Positions 1 to 10,360 of a stretch of DNA of 21,714 nt are shown here, piece by piece. A model generated the notes under the pieces. The model had not been told where the DNA came from, searched no databases, and was given only the letters and a program-made list of their open reading frames with translations. The translations under genes and the position numbers were made by a program. How positions within the stretch are numbered: the stretch's first letter is position 1; each line of letters opens with the position of its first letter. The stretch covers positions 1,570,927 to 1,592,640 of the forward strand of contig NC_057758.1 of assembly GCF_004010195.1 (NCBI RefSeq), given 5' to 3'. This DNA is from Chiloscyllium plagiosum (taxonomy: Eukaryota).

Positions 1-664
1 GCAGCTTAAGAGATGTTTTCTGGTACTTTGCATTCATGAGTAACTGTCAACTCATGAACTTCCCTTGGTTTTGTGTTGCATTAGACAATGCTCAGAGCTT
101 TCTACTCAGGATAACGGTCGAGTTTCTCCTCCATTCCCACTGATTTTACAGTGCAACACCTTCACAGTCAGGCACATTTTAGTGAGCAGCAAATCCCGCA
201 GGCCAGTTTGAGTTTCGAGCAGTAAGCAAAGTCACAATGGCGCAGAGGTGGACAGTAGATGGAAATCCATCATTTTACTCCTGGCTATTCCGCCAACTTT
301 AACTTGTTATGGTCAACATTAATGACTTATTCTGTCCAGACGTAGATGTATAATTTAGTTTTCCGATCTGTGAAGATCGACAATTATGTGTATAATTGAG
401 CTCATGCTGCAGTTCCTGAGTTGCTGCACTCACACTTGAGTCCACAAATCACGACAATGAGTAATTTCAGACAGTAGATGACCAATATGCTGAAGAAACA
501 CTTCATACAAATTTTTCAATGTCTGAAGTGAGGTGAAAAACATATCAGGGAGAGAGTCCAGCATAAAACAACAGTTCTTGATAACTACGTATTAACCTAA
601 AATCCTTTACTGTCATTAGAAAAAATAAAAGCACTTTCTAGGTTTTATGGATCATCTTTTGGTA

Positions 665-1310
665 ACAGAATAATAACTCGGAGCATTGCAATGTCATTTA
701 GCTCCAGGAATCTGATTCTACCATATTATATGATCAAGGCTGATCTCATTCTGGCCTCAAGTCCACTTTCTTTCCAGCCCTCCAGAACCCTTTCGTTCAT
801 TACTGATTAAAAATCTATCCATACACGTCAATTTGTTCAATGTCCCGTCATTTTTCACACTCCAAAACAGTGACGTTCACAGATTCATAACACTTTATGA
901 AAATTATAACCACCTTACCTGTCACTTGTACTCAAACTAAGATCTCTCACTTTAGATCGTCCCTCCTATGAAAATAACACCTCGACATCTTTTTTGTCAA
1001 TCATCTTTCGCATCTTGTCCACGTCAACTAGATCTACTGTCATTCTACAAACTCCATAAAGACTAAACGCCAAACTGCTCAATCATTCGTCACAAGACAA
1101 ACACTTAAATCTTGATTGACCTGGTGAACTTCCTCTGAATTTCCTCCAAAAAAGTAACATTACTTTTTAAGTAAGATGATGAGAATTGTATGAAGTAGCC
1201 CAGGCCCAGTTTCATGAGTATCTATCACAGTTGCGGTAACAATCCCCAGCCCTCATGTTTCAGGCCTAGAGCGATAAGCGATTCGTGATTCTCCTTTCCT
1301 GTTTTTCTTG
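665..1310 (-). mobile_element. Decayed CR1-clade LINE, 3' portion
   Basis: Resembles the reverse complement of CR1-type 3' UTR/ORF2 end (gatcaaggctgatctcattctggcctcaagtccactttc; ttcacagattcataacact; ctggtgaacttcctctgaat). No ORF; boundaries approximate; recognised by eye. Confidence 0.5.
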
Positions 1311-1659
1311 CATCTGAAATGTCTGGTTTCATTAAGTTAGTATTTGGAATAATTCGTAAGAAGGAAGTGTCGTTTGAAACAAGCACGAAATGATTGCTTA
1401 GAAATGAGATATCACGCTTGCATATTTCTGACTCTCAGTGACGCTGATAATTCCAAAATAATATGTGATGAAAACGGCTGTGACTACCTACCAGACATTT
1501 TCCAATTACAGTTGACTCCGCCAGTCGATCCAAAGTCTGTCTCTCTCAGACGGGAAGATAGTGAGTGACCCAGAGTCTCCTGGGAATGGGAGTGGGGAGC
1601 AGAGTGCCGATTGAGTTTGAAAGGATATTGTGGAGAAACACGTTCCAAAAATTCCCTCC

Positions 1660-2100
1660 TCCAGCAGACGAGACATCTTTCCATTAACGTTTCAAGTTGG
1701 AAAACAGTCGATAAAATATTTTAGACTCTCGAATATCTTGCCACCTAGCTCTATTCTATGTTTCAATCAGATCATGTCGGAATTGTTTGATCTCCATTGA
1801 GCACAACTACAAATGTGTTCACCTTTTGCTCATCAATCAAACGCTACTCATCAGGAATTATAAAAGGACATCTTCCTTTTGAAATGGCCTCACCTAAATC
1901 TGTCCACAGCCTTCTTGGCAAGATTATTGCAAGAGTTTTCAAAACACTCCTCTTTTCAAATGCAAGAAGCATCAACATCGCGTTTCTTTTCCCAGTTGCT
2001 TCTGCACGTGAAAATATTTTCAAACTCGGCCAGCTCAGTGTTTCATGCCACACCTCTAGGAGCTGGTGGGACTTGAAATTGTGCCGTCCGGTCATGAGAT
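1660..2100 (-). mobile_element. Possible decayed Gypsy-type gag remnant
   Basis: Minus ORF 1844-2107 contains KIF..AEATGKRNAMLMLLA....VLKTL, and downstream minus frames give EQKVNTFVVVL and IRESKIFYRL. These loosely match fish Gypsy gag patterns. Weak, by-eye similarity only. Confidence 0.25.
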
Positions 2101-2359
2101 GTGGCATTGCCGCTACATGAAAAGGCGCTCTCAGAAATGAAGAAAGTGAGAGAACTCAGCCATGGAGAAGTGAAATTGTAAGTATTTTGAATCAAACTCT
2201 TCGGGTGTGTTGTGAGACAATTCCAGCACATGCGGGACTTGAATCCTGGGTTTTCTGGTCTGAAGAACAACTACCACTAGACACCCGCTGCCATTTGGCA
2301 ATTCATGTTCGAGGATTGTCGTGTCACTCAGTAGAATTCTACAGGACTTCTCCAATTAC

Positions 2360-3030
2360 ATGATCCTGACTTCTGTTCGACAACTGCGTGTCTGGCTGCG
2401 GTTCCTCTCAGACTCCATGGATCGCTTGAGGAGTATACAGATGGCACAGAGATTGATGGATCGGTGGTTATAACGCAGATACAATCAGGTAGATGGGTGA
2501 CCAGCAGGGAGAGGTAGGCAGGTAGTGCAGAATTCTCCTGTGGCTATCCTCATCTCAAATAAGTATGCTGTTGGGGTTAGGGATATAGCCTCTTAGGAGA
2601 AAATAGCAGGAGCATTCGGGTCTTTGGCACCACGAAGGCGCTGCTGTAAAGCAGAGTATGGCACCGTCCAAGGCGGCATTTCAGGTAGGTTACTATCTAG
2701 TCGGGGCTCAGACAGGCGTTTTTGTGCAAACGAGTGAGATACCACGACGATGCGTGCCTCCCGTTTTGCTAGACCAAGTCCGTCTCGAAACAGTTGCAGC
2801 AAATTCTCAAAACAAAGCGCAAGCCATTGGAGCTCGTTGTATACATTGGTACCAATGATAGAGATAGAAAATGGGATGATGGCCTGCAGTGGAAGGCAGG
2901 AGAACAAAATACATGACATCAAAGGCAGGAGTCTCTTGTGCCACGTACTCGTGAGCGTAGGAACAGGAGAATCGGACAGATGCATGTAAAGCTGAGAAAC
3001 CATTACAGAGGTCAGGAATTCAGATGTTTC
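2360..3030 (+). mobile_element. Decayed CR1 LINE ORF1 (SGNH esterase-type) fragment
   Basis: Frameshifted + translations give GRWVTSR (~2489), VVQNSPVAILISNKYAV (~2522), SDRRFCANE (~2708), LVVYIGTND (~2833-2859, the GxND block of the SGNH esterase in CR1 ORF1p) and VPRTRERRNRRIGQM (~2938). Confidence 0.65.
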
Positions 3031-3117
3031 ATGCTGATGAAAGAACAGCTCTGCGAAACTTCTGTTTTCAAATAAACTTGTTGATCTGCAACCTGCTGTT
3101 GTGTAAATTCTGAATTT
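3031..3117 (+). repeat. Short interspersed repeat remnant with a hammerhead-like core (Penelope-derived?)
   Basis: CTGATGA at 3034-3040 and GAAA at 3055-3058, followed by aaataaacttgttg...gttgtgt. Helix II is poorly paired. Confidence 0.4.
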
Positions 3118-4427
3118 AAATTATTAAATTCTACGGCAACGAATTAAGTAAGCAAAAAAAATCTGTTTTCTAGATGTTCTCATGGCTGAATTTTAAGAAG
3201 ATTCTTAAGTGCTGAAAATGTTGCAAGAGTCTGCAAAAAAAAATCAGACAATTCTAATGAGTAGCACTAAGTGGTTGATAGATTACTTTGGGGGACCATG
3301 CACAGGCATCTGCTTTCATTGTTCTGGATTCCATGGTGTCGGTATGCAAGAAAATAACTAATTGAGAAATTACAGTTTCATCAATTGTTACTGCAAGGCA
3401 CTGGAATAACAATATAGGGTGCATGTGCTCTAACATATGCGTATCACTGATGTCATGACATGCAGAGAATTTCAGGCAGATTTTATAGTGCGATTTAATG
3501 AATGATCGAATGGTTTTACTCAATGTAATCGTTTGAGTTCAGAACAATGAGAGGCGATGTTTCTAACATTTAAAACATGACTATTTCCAAGGCAGTCATT
3601 CCTGTGGTGTATTGGTCGTTTGTTAAGCAAACAATGAGCGTGAAGTGGGACGAGGAGTTTCTGACAGAGCAACTAGTGGGAATCAAAGGGAAACCAAAGG
3701 GAAAGGCGAGTGAACATGAAGGAACAGTTATGAAGGAACAATGACAGAGACAAACATTAGCAGACGCACAACTTGATGATGTGATTCAATGCAAGATTTA
3801 GTCTGCGATGTCTCAAACTTGTTAATTCCGGACAGACAAAGGTAAAGATGGATTGAAAATTTTGTGTCAAAGAGAGAGCCAGACATAGTGTTAAGAAGAA
3901 AGAGAAACAGGAAAAAAGAGTGAAAGTGTAGGCGTATGAACAAGTGTGACGGATATGTGCGCTGAGTGATATAATGGAGAAAGAAAAAGAGAAATCTGAA
4001 ACAGGAACCGAACAAATGCAAGGCATTAACAGAGAGATCCAAACTTTCAAAAGAAAAGGCAGGGAAGTTAAATTGAAAGAAAGAGAAAGACATATAGAAA
4101 CAAAATGAGTGGAACGAAGACCTTTGGCAGCTGCAAACACATTTTTAAAGGCTGAGGCAATGTACACGAGGAAACAACAAAAAAAAACTCAAGGTGTACA
4201 AAGATCTGAGGGACCGAAAACACAGAATTGAATTTCTTGGGTCAAAATGCAAATATAACCTGCAGGAATAAGTCATAAAAATCACGAGGATTCCAGGGCC
4301 ATAGAAGATTGGAATGACAATGGAGGGTTGTTTTGAGTGTGAAGGTGGTTGCAGCAATAAGGAGAGAGCAATGCCCGTGAAGGGAATGGAGAGATTGAAG
4401 GCTTTCAGCCTGGTGATAATTAAAATA

Positions 4428-4590
4428 ATAGAGAACATAGAATATAGAACAATACAACGTTGTATAGGCCTTTCAGCCCTCGATGTTGTGCCGACCTTTT
4501 ACCTACTCTAAGATCATCTGACCTACATACCCTTCGTTTTACTACAATTCATGTGCTTATCCAAGTGTTGCTTACATGTCCCTAATATGA
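4428..4590 (-). mobile_element. CR1 LINE 3' end with (GTTCTAT)-type tail
   Basis: agaacatagaatatagaacaataca...ggcctttcagccctcgatgttgtgccga is the reverse complement of the 3' terminus seen at 9736-9807 and 16266-16330, and aligns directly with 21476-21541. Confidence 0.75.
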
Positions 4591-4594
4591 GCAG

Positions 4595-4988
4595 TAACTC
4601 AGGAGAAGGGTAGGGACGTTTGTGAGCCTGGAGGCAGTAACGGTCACAAGGAATGAGCAATAATGTAGAAGCAGATTCTGGGAGAATTGGGACGTGGAAC
4701 CCGCCCTCCTCCTCTAACCAAAACAAAAAAGGACAATCATGTGTTTATTGTGTATCGTGTGATTGATTAAAGGTTTACTATTAATTGATTAATTTAATAA
4801 AACGACAGAGAAGTACAATAAATTACTGAGCTCATTAATTTGCATAAGTTAATTAAATAAGTAGAGATGGCTCGAGAAGTGATGTGCTGGGGATGTATGG
4901 TGTGGGAGTTGGCTGATCCCATTGTGAACAGTAGGGGTCACACATGTAGCAAGTGTTGTTCCGGAGCAGAATTGATGGTATAGAATCT
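4595..4988 (+). mobile_element. CR1 LINE 5' UTR and start of ORF1 (zinc-finger region)
   Basis: An AT-rich leader is followed by ATG at 4867 reading MAREVMCWGCMVWELADPIVNSRGHTCSKC (CxxC-x16-CxxC, typical of the CR1 ORF1p N-terminus), then RSRIDGIES. It is cut at 4988 by the SINE. The 5' boundary is uncertain. Confidence 0.6.
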
Positions 4989-5260
4989 GGGCGGCATGAT
5001 GGCTCAGTGGTTAGCACTGCTGCCTCACAGCACTAGGATCCTGGGTTCGATTCCTGCCTGTCTGTGTGGAGTATGCACATTCTCCTGGTGTCTGCGTGGG
5101 GTTTCTCTGGGTGCGCCGGTTTCCTCCCACAGTGCAAAGATGTGCAGGTCAGGTGAATTGGCCATGCTAAATTGCCCGTTGGTCAGTGATAAATAAAGGG
5201 TAGGGGAATGAGTTTGGGTGGACTTCTGTTCGGAGGGGCGGTATGGACTTGGTGGACTTG
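4989..5260 (+). mobile_element. tRNA-derived V-SINE (HE1-like)
   Basis: Starts GGGCGGCA; Pol III A box TGGCTCAGTGG at 5000-5010 and B box GGTTCGATTCC at 5044-5054; V-domain GTGTGGAG..TGCAC.TTCTCC..GTGTCTGCGTGGG...CCGGTTTCCTCCCAC. Homologous to 9449-9629 and 13962 onward. The 3' tail is missing. Confidence 0.9.
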
Positions 5261-5606
5261 AGGGGGGAGGTGTGGGCGCAAGGCGCAAGGCTCCCAGGAG
5301 GACCAGTTCCAAAAACGCACATCCCAGATGGCCTCCTTCTTCAAGGACCGCAATTTCCCCCCCGACGTGGTCGACGATGCCCTCCACCACTTCCCGATCC
5401 TCCGCCCTTGAACCCCGCCCCTCCAACGCCACCAGGACAGAACCCCACTGGTCCTCACCTACCACCCCACTAACCTCCATGTACAGCGCATCATCCGCCG
5501 TCATTTCCGCCACCTCCAAACGGACCCCACCACCAAGGATATATTTCCCTCCCCTCCCCTACCAGCATTCCGTAAAGACCACTCCCTCCGTGACTCCCCC
5601 GTCAGA

Positions 5607-5857
5607 NNNNNNNNNNNNNNNNNNNNNNNNNNNNNNNNNNNNNNNNNNNNNNNNNNNNNNNNNNNNNNNNNNNNNNNNNNNNNNNNNNNNNNNNNNNNNN
5701 NNNNNNNNNNNNNNNNNNNNNNNNNNNNNNNNNNNNNNNNNNNNNNNNNNNNNNNNNNNNNNNNNNNNNNNNNNNNNNNNNNNNNNNNNNNNNNNNNNNN
5801 NNNNNNNNNNNNNNNNNNNNNNNNNNNNNNNNNNNNNNNNNNNNNNNNNNNNNNNNN
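5607..5857. other. Assembly gap (251 N)
   Basis: Run of N. Confidence 1.
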
Positions 5858-6037
5858 AATCCATCGAATTCAGCACCGCCTTCCTAACCTGCAATCTTCT
5901 TCCCGACCTCTCCGCCCCCACCCCAGTCTGACCTATCACCCTCACCTTGTCCTCTTTCCACCTATCACATTTCCGACGCCCCTCCCCCAAGTCCCTCCTC
6001 CCTATCTTTTATCTTAGCCTGCTGGACCAACTTTCCT

Positions 6038-6074
6038 CATTCCTGTAGAAGGGCTAATGCACGAAACGTCGATT
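6038..6074 (+). ncRNA. Degenerate minimal type I hammerhead ribozyme motif
   Basis: attc-CTGTAGA(6043-6049)-A-GGGC taat GCAC-GAAA(6063-6066)-CGTC(6067-6070)-gatt. It matches CUGANGA/helix II/GAAA/UH with an A6>U change in the core and one helix II mismatch. Confidence 0.6.
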
Positions 6075-6114
6075 CTCCTGTTCCCTAGATGCTGCCTGAC
6101 CTGCTGCGCTTTTC

Positions 6115-8029
6115 CGGGAAAAAAATCTGTCAGCATTCACCCTATCCATGTGTTTCATGATCTCATTAACTTCTAGTAAGTTCTCCCTCAGCCTCCTGCG
6201 CTCTAAATAAAAGAAGTCGGAACTTTCCCAAACTCCCTGTAACTCAGTTACTTCAGTCCTGACATCAACTGTGTAAATTTCTTCTGCACTCCTTCCACTG
6301 TGATAATATAAATCCTAAAACAAGATGACCAAAACTGGACACAATACCACAAGTGTGGCTTCACCAACATCAGTATCCCTGCTACATAACTTCCCAACGT
6401 TGATATTCAATGCCTTGACTGATGAAGGCCAAAGTACCAAAAGCCTTCTTCACTGCCTTGTCTACCTGTGACTCCACTTTCAGTGAACTGTGCACTGAAT
6501 TCAATGGACCCTTTGTTCCACTACATTCTTAAGGTCGTGCTATTCACCATGAAACTCTTGCCTTGATGTGACACTCCAAGAAGGAATATCTCACACCATT
6601 TGCCATTTCTTGGCCTATTGCCCCAGCTGATCAAGATCCTTCTGCAATTTGTGATAACCTTCTGTACTGTTCAGTCCCACCTATTTTAGTGTTATCAGCA
6701 AATTTACTAATCATGACTTACACATTCTGATTCAAATCATTAATATAGATAACAAACAATAATGGGCCCATACTGTCCCGGGCCTGTCCACTATTCACAG
6801 GTCTCCAGCCCAACAAGCACCCTTCAACTATTAAACTCTTAACATCAAGGCAATTGTGTATCCAATTGGCCAGCACCTCTGGCCTTCATCGATCTAACCT
6901 ACTGGCAGCCTAATATGTGGAAATTTATTAAAGGCCTTACTGAAATTCATATCAACGACAGCTTTAGCCCGGGACTCATTAATCTTCCTGGTCACTTCAC
7001 CAATGAGCGCTAACAAATTTGTGTGGTATGGTCTCCCACGCAGAAATTCATGCTGAGTATTCCTCATCAAGCCCTATCTTCCCATATCTTATCTCTCAGA
7101 ATCTTCCAAGTAACATATCCACCACAGGTAGATGCATTACTGGTTTATAGATCCCAGGTTTATTTTTGCATTCTAATACGTCCAACACCTCTTCTACTGT
7201 GATATGGACGGTGCTCAAGATATCACCACTAACGTCCCCACGTTCCCAAGTCTTATGTGTGTCTGTACGGCAAACATCCAGAAGAAATATTCATCGAAGA
7301 ACTCGACCACTTACTGCGATTCCACACATGCATGTCCACTTTGGTTATTGAGAGGTGCAATTGCTTGTCTAGTTATTCTTTTTCCTTTAATATATTAAAC
7401 AACCTCTTTGGATTTAATCAAATCATCTCAACCAAGACTATTCCATGCACCCTTTTCACCCTCCACATTTCCTTCTTAAGTATACTCCTGTATTCTGTAT
7501 ATACCTGCAGGTGATTCCCTTGATCCCAGATACCCGTACCTGAGCCACATTTCCTTTTTTTGTTTAAATGCGTCAATATCTGTTTTCATTCAGAACTCCA
7601 TATTCCTGTCCACCTTGCCTTTCACCCTCACCGGAGCATATGGACCTCCAACTCGATCTATCTAACTTTTAAAATTCTCCTCCTTGCCGGAGGTCTCGTT
7701 GCCTGCAAACACATTATGCTAATCAACCCCTGCAAGCTCCTGTCTAATTGCATCAAAATTCGCCTTGCCCCACATTAGAACTGGAACCCGTGGATCAGTT
7801 TACCCCCTTTCCATAACTATTCAAAAATAATAGAAGGCTCCAAACTGTTCCCCCACTGACAATACAGTCACCTGTCCTGCCCTATATCCCAAGAATCTTT
7901 CAGAGTTTGCCACTTCCCGACTGGACCATCAATATACGGCTTAAGGCAACTTTTCTAAACGCACATAACAAATTCCATCCCATCTAACCCCATAAAGCTC
8001 TGGTAGTCCCAGTTTATGTCAGGACAATT
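6115..8029 (-). mobile_element. Older CR1 LINE ORF2 pseudogene, 3' part (end of APE through RT)
   Basis: Minus-strand translation gives DRVNADRFFP (~6147-6117), MISKFADN (~6714-6691, RT FADD-like), DMNFSKA (~6953-6933) and [19 protein letters not shown] next to the 8029 junction. It has many stops and frameshifts. Confidence 0.8.
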
Positions 8030-9807
8030 GTTAGTGGGTGAACATTTTGGTGATGGTGACCACAATTCTGTGACTTTCACCTTGGTTATGGAGAGAGATA
8101 GGTGCGCACAACAAGGTAGATTTTATAATTGGGGGAAGGGAAATTACGATGCTGTAAGGCAGGATTTGAGGAGCATACGTTGGGAGCATAGGCTGTCAGG
8201 GAAGGATGTGGTGGAAATGTGGAACTTTTTCAAAGAGCAGATAAGACGTGTCCATGATATGTATGTACCTATCAGGCAGGAAAGAAATGGTCGTGTGAGG
8301 GAGCCTTGGTTGACGAGAGAGGTTGAATGTCTGGCAAAGAGGAAGAAGGAGGCTTACATAAGGTTGAGGAAACAGGATTCAGACAGAGCAGTGGAGGGAT
8401 ACAGGATAGCCAGAAGGGACCTGAAGAAAGGGATTAGGAGAGCTAAGAATGGGCATGAAAAATCGTTGGCGGATAGGAACAAGGATAACCCCAAGGCATT
8501 TTATGCGTATGTGAGAAACCTGAGAATGACGAGAACGAGGATAGGTCCGATCAAGGACAGTAGTGGGAGACTGTGTATTGAGTCGGAAGAGATAGGAGAG
8601 GTCTTGAACAAGTACTTCTCTTCAGTATTTACGAACGAGAGGGACCGTATTGTAGAAGAGGAGAGTGTGAAATGGACTGGTAAGCTAGAAGAGATACCTG
8701 TTAGGAAGGAAGATGTGTTGGACATTTTGAACAACTTGAGGAGAGACAAGTCCCCCGGGCCTGACGGGATATATCCTAGGATTATGTGGGAAGCAAGAGA
8801 GGAAAGTGCAGTACCGTTGGCAATGATCTTCTCGTCTTCACTGGCAACGGGAGTGGTACCAGGGGACTGGAGAGTAGCGAATGTTGTGCCCCTGTTCAAA
8901 AAAGGGAATAGGGATAACCCCGGGAATTACAGGCCTGTTAGTCTTACTTCGGTGGTAGGCAAAGTAATGGAAAGGGTACTGAGGGATAGGATTTATGAGT
9001 ATCTGGAAAGACACTGCTTGATTAGGGACAGCCAGCACGGATTTGTGAAGGGTAGGTCTTACCTTACAAGTCTTATTGAATTCTTCGAGGAGGTGACCAA
9101 GCATGTGGAAGAGGGTAGAGCAGTGGATGTAGTGTACATGGATTCTAGTAAGGCATTTGATAAGGTTCCCCATGGTAGGCGTATGCGGAAAGTCAGGAGG
9201 CATGGGATAGAGGGAAATTTGGCCAATTGGATAGAAAACTGGCTAACCGGTCGAAGGCAGAGAGGGGTGGTAGATGGTAAATATTCAGCCTGGAGCCCAG
9301 TTACAAGTCGAGTTCCGCAGGGATCAGTTCTGGGTCCTCTGCTGTTCGTAATTTTTATTAATGACTTGGATGAGGGAGCCGAAGGGTGGGTCAGTAAATT
9401 TGCAGATGATACGAAGATAGGTGGAGTTGTGGACAGTGAGGAGGGCTGCAATTTAGTATGGCCAATTCACCTGACCTGCACATCTTTGGACTGTGGGAGG
9501 AAACCGGAGCACCCGGAGGAAACCCATGCAGACACGGGGAGAACGTGCAAACTCCACACAGTCAGTCGCCTGAGGCGGGAATTGAACCCGGATCTCCACT
9601 GTGCTAACCACTGTGCCACCGTGCCGCCCACTACAGTACCTTTTACTATTCTTCACTGAACACTGCAATTCATTGGCGACCTTTAAGCGGCATTTGGATA
9701 GGTACATGGATAGGTACTTAATCTAGGTTAGAAGTTCGGCACAACATCGTGGGCCGAAGGGCCTGTTCTGTGCTGTATTGTTCTATGTTCTATGTTCTAT
9801 GTTCTTT
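8030..9807 (+). mobile_element. Young 5'-truncated CR1-clade LINE (HER1-like) with 7-bp TSD; ORF2 open from the end of the APE domain to RT motif FADD
   Basis: ORF2 motifs [56 protein letters not shown] and KFADDTK. The 3' UTR has a stem-loop and a (GTTCTAT)n tail ending at 9807. GACAATT is duplicated at 8023-8029 and 9808-9814. The element is interrupted at 9449-9669. Confidence 0.95.
9449..9629 (-). mobile_element. V-SINE (HE1-like), antisense within the LINE, 3' part missing
   Basis: The reverse complement reads GGGCGGCACGGTGGCACAGTGGTTAGCAC..GGTTCAATTCC..GTGTGGAGTTTGCACGTTCTCCCCGTGTCTGC..GGCCATACTAAATTG. It has a short deletion between the A and B boxes relative to the other two copies. 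Confidence 0.92.
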
Positions 9808-10360
9808 GACAATTAAAATCCACTACTTCAACAACCCTCTTGCTCCTGAATGACTCCCGAATCTCCCTGCATGTGTTTTCCTCTAATTCCTGTTGACTAA
9901 TTGAGTCCTTGAGTACAACTTCAATCACATCACCATGCCCTTCTTTTTACATAGCTGCACCCACAAAGGTTAACTGGATAATTCTTCAGTTATTTCATTT
10001 CTGATTAATGCTGTGAAACTCGCCTAAATCAAAAATGCAACTCCACCTCCTCTCTTTCCGCCACTTCTGTCTTGACTAAAGCACCGAAACAATTCTACAT
10101 TTAGCTGCCATTCGTGTCCCGTTTTTAGGCAGATTTCTATAATGGCTATAATATTCCACTCCCACTTACCTGTCCACACCCTGAAGTCATTGGTCTTCCC
10201 CTTCAGCCCTCTTGCATTGAGATATATGCATTTTAATACACTGTTGCCTGTCGTGTCCTGGCCTGACCTGACTCTTCACTTTATTATTTCTGATTAAGGT
10301 AGGTCCTTCCAGCCTCCCTGCTGTTGAGAATTCCATCCCCCGCCAATCTTATTTATTCAA
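9808..10360 (-). mobile_element. Older CR1 LINE, 5' part of ORF2 (APE endonuclease) and probable ORF1 end; continuation of 6115-8029
   Basis: The minus strand from ~10236 reads LKCIYLNARGLKGKTNDFRVWTGKWEWNIIAIIEICLKTGHEWQLN (APE N-terminus). It joins across the TSD to restore [10 protein letters not shown]. Confidence 0.8.

Larger units (their letters stand above)
5290..6114 (+). mobile_element. Penelope-like retroelement, 5'-truncated (RT C-terminus/linker, gap, then 3' terminal region)
   Basis: + frames read SQEDQFQKRTSQMASFFKDRNFPPDVVDDALH and DRTPLVLTYHPTNLHVQRIIRRHFRHLQTDPTTKDIFPSPPLPAFRKDHSLRDS, a pattern typical of the region between the RT and the GIY-YIG endonuclease. The GIY-YIG itself is not visible and would fall in the gap. 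The C-rich 3' region ends in a hammerhead-like motif. Confidence 0.8.

Noticed and set aside
1..660. Possible exon or RNA gene at the left edge
   Set aside because: I could not support any ORF, splice pattern or structure here, so it is left unannotated.
4247..4254. ATGCAAAT octamer as an immunoglobulin or snRNA promoter (also 14577-14584)
   Set aside because: No V segment, recombination signal or snRNA follows; a few occurrences are expected by chance in AT-rich DNA.
3728..4457. Phe/Leu/Ser-rich minus-strand ORFs resembling membrane proteins
   Set aside because: This is a compositional artefact of the purine-rich + strand; no recognisable motifs.
4989..5060. tRNA gene (A and B boxes; also at 9570-9629 and 13962-14011)
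   Set aside because: These are tRNA-derived SINE heads that continue into the V-domain; no complete cloverleaf.
5025..5990. Overlapping ORFs of 76-237 aa on both strands
   Set aside because: They are off-frame or antisense readings of GC-rich SINE/Penelope sequence, some extended artificially through the N gap.
8030..9448. Bacterial retron, group II intron or defence-associated reverse transcriptase
   Set aside because: The motifs, APE remnant, 3' tail and TSD are those of a eukaryotic CR1-clade LINE.
8501..9451. Minus-strand ORFs opposite the LINE RT (also 15151-15592)
   Set aside because: They are antisense shadows of ORF2.
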